NCBI GenBank assembly: GCA_002269645.1
Contig: NIVC01001814.1
Coordinates: 62,001 to 126,000 of the forward strand
Length of the DNA stretch: 64,000 nt
Origin: Macrostomum lignano
Lineage: Eukaryota
Reading direction: 5' to 3'
The position numbers and the translations under genes are program-made. Within the stretch, counting starts at the first letter, position 1, and each line of letters begins with the position of its first letter. The notes under the pieces are model-generated. The model was not told the DNA's origin. It did not search any database and saw nothing but the letters and a program-made list of their open reading frames with translations. Below are positions 12,105 to 25,252 of the stretch, piece after piece.

Positions 12105-13946
12105 GGCTGCAGTCACCGAGAGGGCGAGTGAGTGAAATGAGAGTGCGACAAGGAGAGATACGTAGAGACGTTGATAGAACGAGGGTGCGGTAGAGCGTTG
12201 CGTTGCGTTCGACGTTTTATGCCTTCACCAGCCCGCAAACCCCCCTGTCACCAACTGCCCTCTGCCCTCGCATCCTCGTACCTGACCCCACCCCCTATTT
12301 CTCGCGGCTGCGTTCGCTCGCTTCACTTTTGGACATTAGACACAACACTTTCGCTTTCTCGCTAGTCTTTTAGCGCGCACTGTACTTTCTCTCACCCCCG
12401 ATGCAGGTTGGAGCGTACGAATACTGTACATAGGCTGTAAATGGATACGAGCGCGCCCGGGTCAGCAGTTGGCCTTTTTTGTGTTTTTGGCGCAATCAGG
12501 TTCATTCTTCTCGGTCTGATTTATTCAACCCAACCTGACCTAGTGGGAGTGTCTTCTTTGCTTTCACTCTCTCTCTCTCTCTGGTCCTTGGCATTTTGAT
12601 TTTGTATAGCTCCACCAGACGGTACAGCACATACAGCACATGTAGGAATTCGAGGCATGGATACCCAGACTGGATAACTTAGCCAACAGGAACAGCAGTT
12701 CAAAGCGCCCAAGGTCAATAAACTTTCAGGCGAAATTCGGACAGCAATTCGCTGCTTTTCCCACTCCACTAGATTTCATCGATCCGCGCAGCTCGGGAAA
12801 GGATTGCAGGGCATCCCGCCCCCGCTTTCTGCGTTCCCCTTCGTCTGTAGAGGGTTGGTAGCTGGGAAAGGGGACCACGCAGACGAAGGTTTCTCTCTAG
12901 TTCGGCAAATGCCAAACTTTCAAGTGCAAAGACAGGAAGGTAAGGTTGGAAATGCGACGCCTGCTGCGAGCCGATGTACATTCTGACGAAATTGATTTTT
13001 TTGCGTCGCGCAGCTGAAATGCATCCTTTGCCATCGGCCAGTGCTGGGCCGCACTTTGCAATTTCCATTTGCCTCTCCATTTCTCGACAGTTTGGAAACG
13101 AACTGGCAAAGCAGGCCCTGCCAGCTTGCTTGCCTCTCCTTCTAGCCAGGAATTCCAGTAGAATGCAATTGGGAAGACGCTAGTTTGGCAGGTTATGCCA
13201 AGAGCGGAATACCTCAGTATGAGACTTATCCAAACGGGTTTCAATACGGTTGGGTTATATTGCACCTTCAATCTTAGTTTCCTTGCACAGTTCGATTTAA
13301 AACAAAGCATCCATTTAGTATTTGCTCCTTAGTTTTTGTCGACTCTCTCTGTTCGTCGGAAGCAATTAGGAACAAAAAAATTAAGAGCTACGCGGGACTA
13401 AAAGCGTCGACAAGACAGCAGCACCGACAGCAACAAATTTCAACATTACGTCAAGACTTGTTAGACGTAATTGTGCAAGCATACTGCTGACGAGGCACTT
13501 AAGTTCAAACCATATCTCGTAGAACGCCAAATTAGTACTCGGTTCTGCAACACTTCAATTATAGGAGCTGCAACAGACATGTTTTACCACGCACCTGCAA
13601 TAATCCAACAGAAAATTTTGTGATAAACTGCATGCTTCTTGTTCCCTTTCATTCGGCAATACGAGTATCTGCGGCGACGCGCAAATCTTTGCACTATCGG
13701 AACTTCCAATCTTCCTATCTTTTCGTACTCGCCATAGAAGTTACGAGTCTCCGAAGCGCAGGTTGCGAACCTGCCAGGTGTGCCAAAGCAACTGTGCCGG
13801 TCGCAGGAGCAATACGAGGCCCAACCCCGCCACCCACTCCGCCAACTACAGACATGCTTCCGCTACTATAAATCTGCTGCTTTGTAAAACAGTCGCGTCA
13901 TAAATAGCGAATCAGCAATTAATACAGCAATCATCCGAACGCAACA

Positions 13947-14745
13947 ATGAAGGCAGTGGCGATTCTTCTTCTCGCTCTGTGCTCCAGCGCCTACGCCCAG
14001 CTGAAGTACAACGACTGCGGTGAGTGAGATGCGTAGGCATCTATTTGAGATGTTTATTTAGATATCACTCTATTCTACTTAGGAAAAGTAGGCTATTTGG
14101 TGTTCAATCGGTTTCAATCTCCATTCAACAGGTGGCAGCGGCCACGCTGCACGCGTCAGCTTTGTTGGCGTTCAACCCTACCCGGTCAAGGCCCAGGAGG
14201 GCTTCACCTTCACCGTCAGCGTCAGGGGCAGTGTCAGCCGCGACGTTGGCAACTCCGACTTCAAGCTGTCGCTCAAGCGCAAGACTCTGGGATTCTGGGT
14301 GCCGATCCCATGCCTGGCCGGTAAGTTCGGAACGAACTCAGCTCGAGTTTGACGGCACTGCCATAACGCGAACCTTAAACGTCATTCTATATAAACAGGC
14401 TACGGAAGCTGCACCTACGACAACGGCTGCCAGCTGCTAGAGGCTCTGCTCAACGACATCCCCATCCCGGATGTGTGCTCCGGCATTCCGCAGCAGCAGA
14501 TCAATCTGGATCAGTCCATCACCCTGCCGCAGATCCCCGGTCCCCTGGCCTGGCTGGTGTCCGTAAGTACACGCGCCTATCGGTCTGAAATCCGTTCTAA
14601 TCTGTAAAATCAAAGCCTGCATACAAAACAACTCCCCATTCTCTCGCCGCGCGCTGTACAGGGCGAGTACCAGGCCAAGGGCGAGTTCAGGGACGCCAAC
14701 GGCAACGTCCTCTGCTTGGAGCTGGAGGGCCGCCTGGACTCCTAA
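13947..14745 (+). CDS. GM2A: Secreted ML-domain lipid-binding protein, GM2-activator-like, 169 aa; exons 13947..14019, 14132..14320, 14399..14562, 14662..14745
   Basis: Signal peptide MKAVAILLLALCSSAYA. FWVPIPCLAGYGSCTYDNGC and LAWLVSGEY resemble the GM2A WIKIPC..GSCT and WLTTGNY motifs. Six Cys; canonical in-phase splice sites (510 nt). Confidence 0.85.
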
Positions 14746-15462
14746 ATCGGCAACCAGCTGAGAAGTTATAGTGCTTCAGTTTTATGTTAAATAGCGACAA
14801 GTTTTGAAAATAAAATTGTGCAGAGAATGCGACAACTGCAGAGCATGGAACTGTTTTTCAGTCAGGCAACCACAATTTGCCTCTCTTTAGCGAATCATTT
14901 CAAGCAAGAAAAAAAATAATTATGAGATTCTCCGTTTTAATAAAACAGAATACAGTTCTGCATTTTGTGTGCAATTTTAAATTTTAATTGTTGCCCATTT
15001 AAAAGCTTTAATTTTCAATAACTGTAGTGCCAAGTCAACTATTAGGTACTAAGAAAATTTGAGCTAAAAGAGAGGGTCACAGCGTCTTTCAATCGATGAA
15101 GAATCAAGCTAGCAAAGGCACGCAGGGTCGATGTACAATTGTACAGGAACTTTACATGCATAAAGAAGTTCTCAGTAAACGTCATAAGGAATAGAAAGAC
15201 ACAAACGCAACATATAGCAACGATAAATAATCCCAGTAATGAAAATTCTAAAATTAATTTAAAACAAAGTAAAAAAACAGTTCTATAAAACATCACAGCT
15301 TTTGTATACAAAGAAATGTTTCAACAGCTCTGTGAAAATGTTGCTTTGGCTTTTTATAGGAGAGAATGATGGCCTCGCGCAAACAGCGAAATTCAACTAT
15401 GCAATGCGGTGCAAAAATATCGTGATGGATGGAAGATTCCAACTCTCGCCGCCCGTTCGCCC

Positions 15463-17338
15463 TCACAATGGCGCCTCTTCCGACGCCAGCTGCCACTCAT
15501 CGCCGCTGGCCTCCCCGTTCACGTCAGCCAATTCGACAGTCACTTTGGGGAGCGCACCCGCGGTGCTACCGTTGCCCAACACAGCATCTTCGTCATCTTC
15601 ATCGTGGTCATTGCCGTCGACTTCGTTGTGGACATCGGCGCGGGCGGTCGTCGCCGACGATGAACGCCTGTCGATGTCCTCGGGTAGGTGCCGGATCCGG
15701 AAGCTGGCGTTGGTGACGAGCCGTTTACCGTTGGGCGCCGACGAAGCATCCGGCAGAGGCTGCTGCGGGGTCAGAGAGACGCCAAAGGCGCCCACCTCCT
15801 GGCCGAGGCGGCTGTGAGGACTCAAGATGGCGTTAACCACCAGGAGCACGTCCGAGAAGAGCTCGTATTCGGCGCGGGCGCGCAGCTGCAGCAGGGCCCG
15901 ACTAGCCAGATTATCCAGGGTGCCGCCGTCCGTGCCGGGGGCCGGGACGCCCTGCCGGCTGTGCATCACAGCGTAGGCAGCGTGGACGCACTGCAACAGC
16001 AGAGTCTGTCGGGGCGGAAGGATTTCAGCTATTAGTTGGCTAGCCGCAGGGAGGCTTCTGGGCTAAGCAGGTATGCCTAGTTCACTGTCCCCTGCGTATG
16101 CAGCCGTGAACGTGAACAGCACAAAAAACCCAAGGCCAGCTTTGAAAATCGGAAGGAAAGTAGCTTAAAAACGAAAGTCAAACCCGTAGTAAAGAGGGTG
16201 GATTGCAGGGTGGTTTCACAAACGCGAAAATTCACAACCGTTATATCCTAGTCTGGTCAACAAAAATCTCTGTACTAACTTCAATGCGGCGCGGCGCAAG
16301 CACCTCGGCCACCACCAGCGGATGGACGAGCTGACCATCCCGGACAACATCCGTGATCTTCGTGCCTTTGTCTGAGATACCGGCCGGATGATGGTCGCCG
16401 ATGCCTCTTCTAACAAGATTAAACCATAGTTTCTTTTACCTTTGGGTATTGGCACCTGCGCCCCCGCCAATAGTAAGTAACAATCCTCTGCTACAAATAG
16501 AATCTACGAGCTGACCATTCTGTGGAGCTACCAGCCCATGTGACCAATGGCCCAGCTCTAAGAAGTTGTGCTTCGAAATATTGTTGCACCATCAGAAGAC
16601 GAACTCAAAGCCCAGTACAACCGGCACAATCCGACAAACCTGATCAACTACCAGACGCGTCCGACCTTGGCCTCCCAGGTCGCACAGCTGGCCAACTGCG
16701 GCCAGACAGGAGCGCAGGCTCCGCTCGGACAGTCCAAGCAGCCGGTCTGTGTACACCCCCATCAGCTGGGCCAGCACGGCCTGCCGATTCTCGTGGTGAA
16801 TCCGGCTGGCCGGACGGCGCGGCCACTGGCGCAGGCGAGCCCAGTTCCTCTGGCCGGGCCGAGCCGCGGCCGAATGGTAGATCGAAGACCGGCCGAGGCC
16901 GGGCACCGACGCCAGCTGGTCGGCGGAGCTGGCGGAGGCCGGCTCGGCCACACTCAGGTTGTACAGGCCGAGCACGAGGGTCTCCATCAGGTCGTACCAG
17001 CGCACCCAGTCGGCCGCCGCCGCCTCGTCGTCGGACAGGGCCAGCCACTGGCGGCGGTGGACAGCGCGGAGGTAGGCAACGATGAGGCAGGGCAGCATCT
17101 CCACTGTCAGGCGATGCAGCTGCGGCTCGGGGTGCTTGAAGAACTCAAACAGGCGGGAGCAGACGGGCTCAGCCAGGCGGTGGTCCTGGCAGGCATCCAG
17201 GCGCTGCTCCAGAGCGTCGAACAGGGCCAAGTCAGCTCGGCTGCGGGAGGCGAACTCGCGGATTGCGTCCAGCGGACTGTCAGAGTTGATGAGGCGCTGG
17301 TACTCTGCCAGCCAGCTGTTGAGGTCAGCGACAGGCAT
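15463..17338 (-). CDS. FAM126: Hyccin/FAM126 (PI4KA complex subunit); best model exons 16640..17338, 16440..16555, 16280..16409, 15463..16005 (~495 aa)
   Basis: [30 protein letters not shown] and [19 protein letters not shown] match hyccin motifs. The first and last exons are solid. The two internal exons are inferred from phase-compatible GT/AG sites. Confidence 0.82.
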
Positions 17339-20037
17339 TCTGGCTAGGCGGTTGGTCTGCAGGACTGCGGAGATACGAAGGTCGCAGTTTTGTTATTGAA
17401 GATGGAGTGGGTCCTCATGTGCTTATAATTGTATGCATAAAAGTACACCATGTATACAACGTGTATGAAGTTAGTATTGGCAAAGTTTATTAATAAGTAC
17501 CGGCAAGGTATATTATGATTTATAAATTCATTACTGTGCAGAAACTAATGAAAAAAATTCGCAAATGTTTTGCAAACATACAAGCATTAAAATTGCATAT
17601 AGCAAAATAGCAAAAATAGCAGTCGTCGACGAACATCCTTTAAATATAATATCTCCCGTGTCTACCTACTTTTTATCAATACCAAGAAGTTTTAGCCCAA
17701 CTGAAGGACTCATTTTTACTGAGATTTTAGCAATGCAAATCCTTGAAGAGACAACTTTCTTTAAAAAAGTTTTTTAGTTCAAAATTATGATTTTGAGGAT
17801 TTAAATAGCAACTATTGTGTAAATGTATAGTTGACATTAAAATTTTTATTTCAAACTATAGAAAGGACTCAAGAAGTCAACTCTACGATTTAGGGAACTC
17901 TGCAAAATTCTGTAATTCTTCTAAATTTATTCATGAAATATTTTAGTGCAGTAAATGATATATAGGCCAATTTTTTTCTTCTAAAGTGCTAAATTTAGGT
18001 AGAATTTTTTGCTAGTTTCAGTGGTTTATTATGACTTCTTCAAAAATAATTTCAGCTCAACCATACAATATCCTGCTTACATATATGCATAAATAACAAA
18101 CTAAATGAAGTGCATTTTAAATTTCAGATATAGGAACGTTTCAACAAGTGATGAGGCCAGTAGGCTTGATAAAAAAGACTAAAATAAAAATTAAAGTTTC
18201 CAGTATATAGTATACATATACAGTAAACAACAATAAGGCATGCCTGGCATGGCCTTATTGTCATGAAAAAAGTGGGGTTCATTGCTCCAGTGCCAGCCAT
18301 TACTGCAATGGATATGCTCACTAATAAATAACGTTATGATTGAAGGCTAATTTATTTTTGTTAAATTTTTATATTAAACAACAACCTTCCATCCATCAAG
18401 TTAAATCATAAAATGGCTGGATCCTATCCTAGACCTAGACTCTAAAGCTACATGGCTTAGTTTAATAGTCATACGTTTTACGTTGCTCACAAAAATCATA
18501 AAACATGTGAAACGATAGTTATTAGATGCTTAAAATCAAATATATGAAATTCCAATATGAGTTCAAGCCCTCTACGTCCGTCACTAGACAATTTTTACTA
18601 ATTCCTTCCTGTTGCATTAACACGAATTCGAAATTCATTTCGGTTTGATAAACTGAAATATAGATTAAGCGTGCCTAGATTCCTACGCGACAAAACAAAG
18701 AAAAATATTTCGGAAAAATTAAACTGCTTTTATAATTAACATTATTTACTATTTGTGGACTCAAAAACTAATTTTATTGAGTCTGGAAGTTAATATATCT
18801 ATTATACGAGCTAGACTACTTAAGCAGTTGGCTATTGGCATCGTAGACATGCAAATTTGTAAATCGTTACTAAGCGTAAATACTAATAGCATAATAATAG
18901 GTTCAGTCGTTAGTGTTTAGATGATGTATACTGCATTTTTTGTTGATTGTTGTCGATCAGGGCAAGTATGTTAATTACAAGGACTTAGAAGCTAGAAGTT
19001 TACCGTTGATATAACGGTAACTTAATTCTAGTGGTCCTTGGTTAATTATTGTTGGAACATAAGGGCGCGCATTTAACCGTTCATGTAGCGACACGCACGT
19101 AGTGGCTTTGATCCTTTAGTAAATTATGTTATGCTTACAATCACATGTATGGAAATGGTTCAATTTGCTTTTTAACACAGTATACGTATAAAACCTGTGA
19201 ACTCACGTGCGCATATTCAAACCGCTAAATACAGCTGAGCAAGACCTAATCAACAACCCTCATGTACATGTGCAGGTATGTGTTCCGTAATTGCACGGTT
19301 GTCAATGGAATGATCTTCAACGTACTGAACTGGAACAAAACTACAGAGCAGGACAGTTGGTGCTATAACAAAAGGGCAATGCTATAACAAAATACATGTA
19401 AGTTGACCTCGGTGTGGTTTTGAAAATACATGCATGAGGGCATACTGACTAAATACACTACACATGTACTGCACTATCTAAACTAAGCTTAGTTGAATGC
19501 ATTAATATTTTGAATGCATTTATATCTAGAATTTGAGAGGTTTATTAGCGATTCTTAAATAATAAACTTCATTGAACGCTAAACTGAATTGAGATTTAAA
19601 ACAACGCAGTAAACAATGTACTTACCACAGTCAAACAAAGCCAGCCATCTCAATTGATGCCAGCAGAGATATACTCCGTTTAAGCATTCAGCTATTTATT
19701 TAATAGTTAAAAGCAAAATCGAATTAATAAAGTAAAATAGCCGCGACAAAGCGAATTGTCTAAATAAAAGTTGCAGTTAAGAGCACATGCAGATTGCAAG
19801 AAAAATAAAAAGACCCAAACGATCACCGCGAGGTTAAAAAAGTAGCAGATCTAAGTTTAGCACAAAGGCCAGCCTTTGAATTAAAATATTACATATACAG
19901 ACAGCATGCGGTGTAAGAATGATCGGTAAATAAAAACTCAGTGGAGTTGGGACGGCAAAAAATTGTATACTAATTATTTTACAGTAGTGTAAGACTGATA
20001 AGACTAAAATTGGCATATTACAGTCGAATGGTCATAA

Positions 20038-21125
20038 CTAATTCATGCAATAGCATGGTAACACACCACTCCTAATTCATGCAATAGTATGGTAACACAC
20101 CACTCCTAATTCATAAAATAGTATGGTAACACACCACTCCTAATTCATGCAATAGTATGGTAACACACCACCCCTAATTCATGCAATAGTATGGTAACAC
20201 ACCACCCCTAATTCATGCAATAGTATGGTAACACACCACTTCTAATTCATGGGATAGTATGGTAACACACCACTCCTAATTCATGCAATAGTATGGTAAC
20301 ACACCACTCCTAATTCATGCAATAGTATGGTAACACACCACTCCTAATTCATGCAATAGTATGGTAACACACCACTCCTAATTCATGCAATAGTATGGTA
20401 ACACACCACTCCTAATTCATGCAATAGTATGGTAACACACCACTCCTAATTCATGCAATAGTATGGTAACACACCACCCCTAATTCATGCAATAGTATGG
20501 TAACACACCACCCCTAATTCATGCAATAGTATGTTAACACACCACTCCTAATTCATGCAACAGTATGTTAACACACCACTCCTAATTCATGCAATAGTAT
20601 GGTAACACACCACCCCTAATTCATGCAATAGTATGGTAACACAATACTCCTAATTCATGCAATAGTATGTTAACACACCACTCCTAATTCATGCAACAGT
20701 ATGTTAACACACCACTCCTAATTCATGCAATAGTATGGTAACACACCACTCCTAATTCATGCAATAGTATGTTAACACACCACTCCTAATTCATGCAATA
20801 GTATGGTAACACACCACTCCTAATTCATGCAATAGTATGGTAACACAATACTCCTAATTCATGCAATAGTATGTTAACACACCACTCCTAATTCATGCAA
20901 TAGTATGGTAACACACCACCCCTAATTCATGCAATAGTATGTTAACACACCACTCCTAATTCATGCAACAGTATGTTAACACACCACTCCTAATTCATGC
21001 AATAGTATGGTAACACACCACTCCTAATTCATGCAATAGTATGGTAACACACCACTCCTAATTCATGCAATAGTATGGTAACACACCACTCCTAATTCAT
21101 GCAATAGTATGGTAACAAACTACTG
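20038..21125. repeat. 34-bp minisatellite
   Basis: Unit CCTAATTCATGCAATAGTATGGTAACACACCACT; period 34; about 32 copies; no spacers. Confidence 0.97.
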
Positions 21126-21273
21126 ATAATTCATGGAATAGTATGCATACACCATATAACTACATTACATGAAACAGGTGTCCCTGTGATTCTACTAAGA
21201 TGGGCCGAAAGAATATTGTCAACTCATTCCACCCCAATTGCGTGGACAATAAAAGTGAATCTGTAGCTGAGAA

Positions 21274-23903
21274 TCAAAGCTCGGCCTCTTCCGGCACATC
21301 GGCCACAATCATTTCTCGACTCTCGTAGCTCCAGAAGCCGTTCAAATCGATGAGAATATTAACAACAGTGTCGCCCTGGCCGCAGCGAACCAGATCGTCA
21401 AGAGTGATCTTGTAGGGATCAGCCGGCCTGACCATGTCGAAGATTTCATTCTGCAAGTCGCTCAATTTCGGCGGCTCCATGCCGTGCTCGCGCAATTTCT
21501 GTTGAATACCACGAAAGAAGAAATTCAGCGTCCAGACAGTGAGCGAGCCGGAGCCGTCAATGTCTAGTATGCGGAAGAAATACTGCAGAGACTGCGGCTC
21601 GGCCTTGTTCTCCATGCCAAGCACAAAGTCCAGATAGGACTTATAGTCCAGCTCGCCCTCGTACGTCAGGCACTCCTGGAACAGGCGATCGAGAAACACC
21701 TCAGTGAGGGTGCCAGTGCCGTACTTGGCCAGCTCAGACTTGCTCAGCATGCCGTTCTCGTCCTTGTCCAGATTAAGAAACGTCCCGTACACGCGCAGGG
21801 CATTCAAAGCGCTGAACCAGTTGCTGCTCTGGGCAGCCTCGGACAGTTCCTCGTCTCGCAGCTCTAGCAGGTCGTCAAGAAAAGAACTGGCCAGAATGTC
21901 CGAGATTTTAATCCGGCCAGTTCGCAGCGGGTCTAAGAAGAAGAAAAACTTTCTAACAGCCGTGCAAACGTAGAAACTGTGAAATAATTTTTCCAATTTG
22001 CTTAACTGCGGCAAGGTGGGAATTAACTCGGTAATGTAGTTCTCAAGGTCAGTCTCTCTCAGGTAACCCTGGCCAGAGAAGTCGTACAGGGATAGGCCGA
22101 TTCGAGTCTGGTGCAGCCACACTTTTTTCATTATGTAGTTAAACAGGCTCATTATGTTAATGCGGCCGTACGGGTCGTCCTGCAGCAGCTTGGCGAACAC
22201 TCTCGGTCGGAAGAAGGGCGCGCATTTTGGCCCGGCAGCCTGGCGCACCTTGAGAAAATCCGTGTAGTTAATCAATTGCTCGGCTTCTGGCCCGTCCGGT
22301 GGTGTCCGGTGCGCGCCGAGCAGGTACCACAGGCCCTGCACGGGACGGGGGCGGTTCTTGGAGTGATAGAGGGCAAGTCTCAACGAGTGGAGGGAGATTC
22401 TCAAAGGGAGTGGAGGAGGCTTTGGACCTCACTATCCCGCCCTCGGGTCCTTTGGAAGTTCACAATAGCAAGGCTTCTGAAGTCTTGTCTTTTCTCAGCT
22501 CTCTTCTCTAATAATCTCTTATCCTTTCTCTCAAGTCCCTTCTTTCGTCTCCTCTCTTTCCTCTCCTTTTTTGTCTCTCTTCTGTTCTCATTTATTCCCT
22601 AGCCTCTCCTTTCTTCTACCTTCGCTATTCCCTCTGACTATTCCCTCTGTAAATTTTTTGCCGACCCCTGTTCTTAAAGGGCAATTCTTAAAGGGAGTGA
22701 AAAGGGAGCGGAGGGAGATTCTTAAAGGGAGCGGAGGGAGATTCTTAAAGGGAGCGGAGGGAGATTCTTAAAGGGAGCGGAGGGAGATTCCTAAAGGGAG
22801 CGGATGGAGATTCTTAAAGGGAGCGGATGGAGATTCTTAAAGGGAGCGGAGGGAGATTCTTAAAGGGAGCGGAGGGAGATTCTTAAAGGGAGCGGAGGGA
22901 GATTCTTAAAGGGAGCGGAGGGAGATTCTTAAAGGGAGCGGAGGGAGATTCTTAAAGGGAGCGGAGGGAGATTCCTAAAGGGAGCGGATGGAGATTCTTA
23001 AAGGGAGCAGATGGAGATTCTTAAAGGGAGCGGAGGGAAATTCTTAAAGGGAGCGGAGGGAGATTCTTAAAGGGAGCGGAGGGAGATTTTTAAAGGAAGC
23101 GGAGGGAGATTCTTTAAAGGGGTGGAGGGAGATTCTTAAAGGGAGCGGAGGGAGATTCTTAAAGGGCTGGAGGGAGATTCTTAAAGAGAGTGAAGGGAGA
23201 TTCCAAAAGGAGCGGAGGGAGATTCTTAAAAGGATGAAGGAAGATTCTTAAAGGGGTGGAGGGAGATTCTTAAATGGGATGAAGGGAGATTCTAAAAGGG
23301 AGCGGATGGAGATTCTTAAAGAGAGTGGAGGGAGAGTGGAGGGAGAGTGGAGGGAGAGTGGAGGGAGAGTGGAGGGAGAGTGGAGGGAGGTCCTCAGAGT
23401 CTGGATGGCAATTCTAAACGGCAGGAGAGCCATTTTTAAGGGGCGATATTTATAGGGCAGAAAAGGCTATTGTATAGATAGTTAAGGATGCAACCAAAGG
23501 TAGATACAAAAGAACAACTACTAAACACAGATTAGGCCCTAAACTATTTATAAAGAGCAATTGTCAGCGGGGTGATAGTAGTAAGATGTAGCATTGAATT
23601 AACCTGCAGCTCATTATTATCCAACAACTGTTTAGTCTTGCGCTGCAAAAATAGAGCGCGCGCCTCCTCGCGCAGCTTCTTCTGCAATAGGCTGTCCTCT
23701 TTAGGCTGCGGCTGGTAGAAAGTCGGTATGGCCAGATTAGCGGCGTTGGGTGCAGTGGCGCTCTCCCCAGCCAGGGCCTGATAGCGCTCCTTAAACAGGC
23801 GCGCCTCCTCTTCAAGTGCCTGCGCTGGGGTGAGCAATGGTCGCTTGGCTGCAGTTGACTGGGCCAGCCGGCTGAGGCGGCTCTTCAAATCGTTTGATGA
23901 CAT
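21274..23903 (-). CDS. PPP2R3C: PP2A regulatory subunit B'' gamma, 453 aa; exons 23604..23903, 21274..22335
   Basis: KLREEARALFLQRK..LLDNNELQ|GLWYLL, KVWLHQTRIGLSLYD, VCTAVRKFFFFLDPLRTG and ILIDLNGFWSYE match the family. Phase-0 CAG|GT and CAG|GG junction. Confidence 0.95.
22672..23390. repeat. G-rich 23-bp minisatellite plus an 11-bp GAGGGAGAGTG run, inside the PPP2R3C intron
   Basis: Unit GGGAGATTCTTAAAGGGAGCGGA. Confidence 0.95.
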
Positions 23904-25252
23904 TGGCAATTTGGCACTGTAGCATCAAATTGAACACTTTTGTGTTTTTTTTGTGTTTATTTATAATCCTCAACTTTATGATCGAGTCACATGATCTAGG
24001 CTAAGAGCTAGAAAAGCTACCAACACAAATAGTTAAATGTCATTGGCCAAAAAATTCTTAAATTAGCATTACTAATGGTTTCAGATAATCAAAACAACAG
24101 GTTAAATAACAATATTTTTTATGTTTGCTGGGCTTTTAAATAACTTATAATAGTTTAGACTATTCTAATAATAGATTCTATGTCCAATTAATTTTAAGCA
24201 TGAATTTAACTATATTTTTAAAGGCTTATTGTCAGAGACTCAGAGATCCATTTTTCATCTTTAAAGAATATAAAATATGCTTATTTATCACTTCTGGATA
24301 AAAAACTTGTTGTTAAAAGTCTACATTTGTAGCTAGAAATTCATGATTTCTGTATTTATATATATGTATTTGTCTTCTTTATATATATTTTTTTCAAGTT
24401 GCCTAATTAAAAAGTGCCTGAAACAAGCATTAAGAATCTTCTAACTTTCTAAATATATTAGCTCTTATTTTTTCTCCATTGTGTTACAAGAGAAACCCTT
24501 TATTGAATTAACTCACTTATAGAAAACCTTCAACAAAATGACATAGTTTTACTAAAATAGGTTTAGCCAGTTTTTGCTTTAAATATTAAATATTTAGAAA
24601 TGGTTATATAGCAATGACAATGATGTTAATCATAACAAATTATAAAATATACATTAGTTATTATAAGAATGAAGGCTTTTATAAGTACCAGGAATTTGAT
24701 ATCAAGGATATCAATTTTGATATCAATATCAAGGAAAAAATATTGTATCAAAAAATAAAAGAGTTGTATAAAATATACAAGAAGCATCATATTAGATATA
24801 GCGTAAACAATAAAATAACAATAAAAAGATTGCATATAGCATAAACAAAATTATATTTGGAAAAGCTGACATCCCACTTTAACTTTATTTGTGTGACTTG
24901 CAATATTTAATTGTTAAAAATAATATAATAAACTTTGCTAGCTATGTAGCTATACCTTAAATTTTCTTTTTAAAAGTTGTTTTGTCTGCTGGCAGACAAA
25001 AAGGCAATAGACGAAATGACCACACACCAAAACAAGAGGCCCTTTAATATGGTAAGATAAATATAGCCCCTTGATTTGTGATTCAATACCATAGTATACA
25101 GAAGTAGCTTCTTTAGGTATAGCTTTTTGTACATTGCAAATTGCAAATAATATATCAAAACTAATAGTGGCAATCCTGGGCTTTCCTGGCTAAGTTTTAC
25201 ATTTTCATTTTTTCAAAAATGGATAAATTTTAAGACTAAGTAACTTTTAGAT

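Noticed and set aside
16568-17347. 259-aa plus-strand ORF and similar shadow ORFs opposite PPEF, the LINE and PPP2R3C
   Set aside because: They are antisense shadows of GC-rich coding sequence with no recognisable motifs.
20038-21125. 34-bp and 41-bp (38797..39680) repeats as CRISPR arrays
   Set aside because: The units abut with no unique spacers, there are no cas genes, and the context is eukaryotic.
24614-24844. K/I/Y-rich ORFs in the AT-rich block
   Set aside because: Low-complexity chance ORFs with no start context or homology cues.
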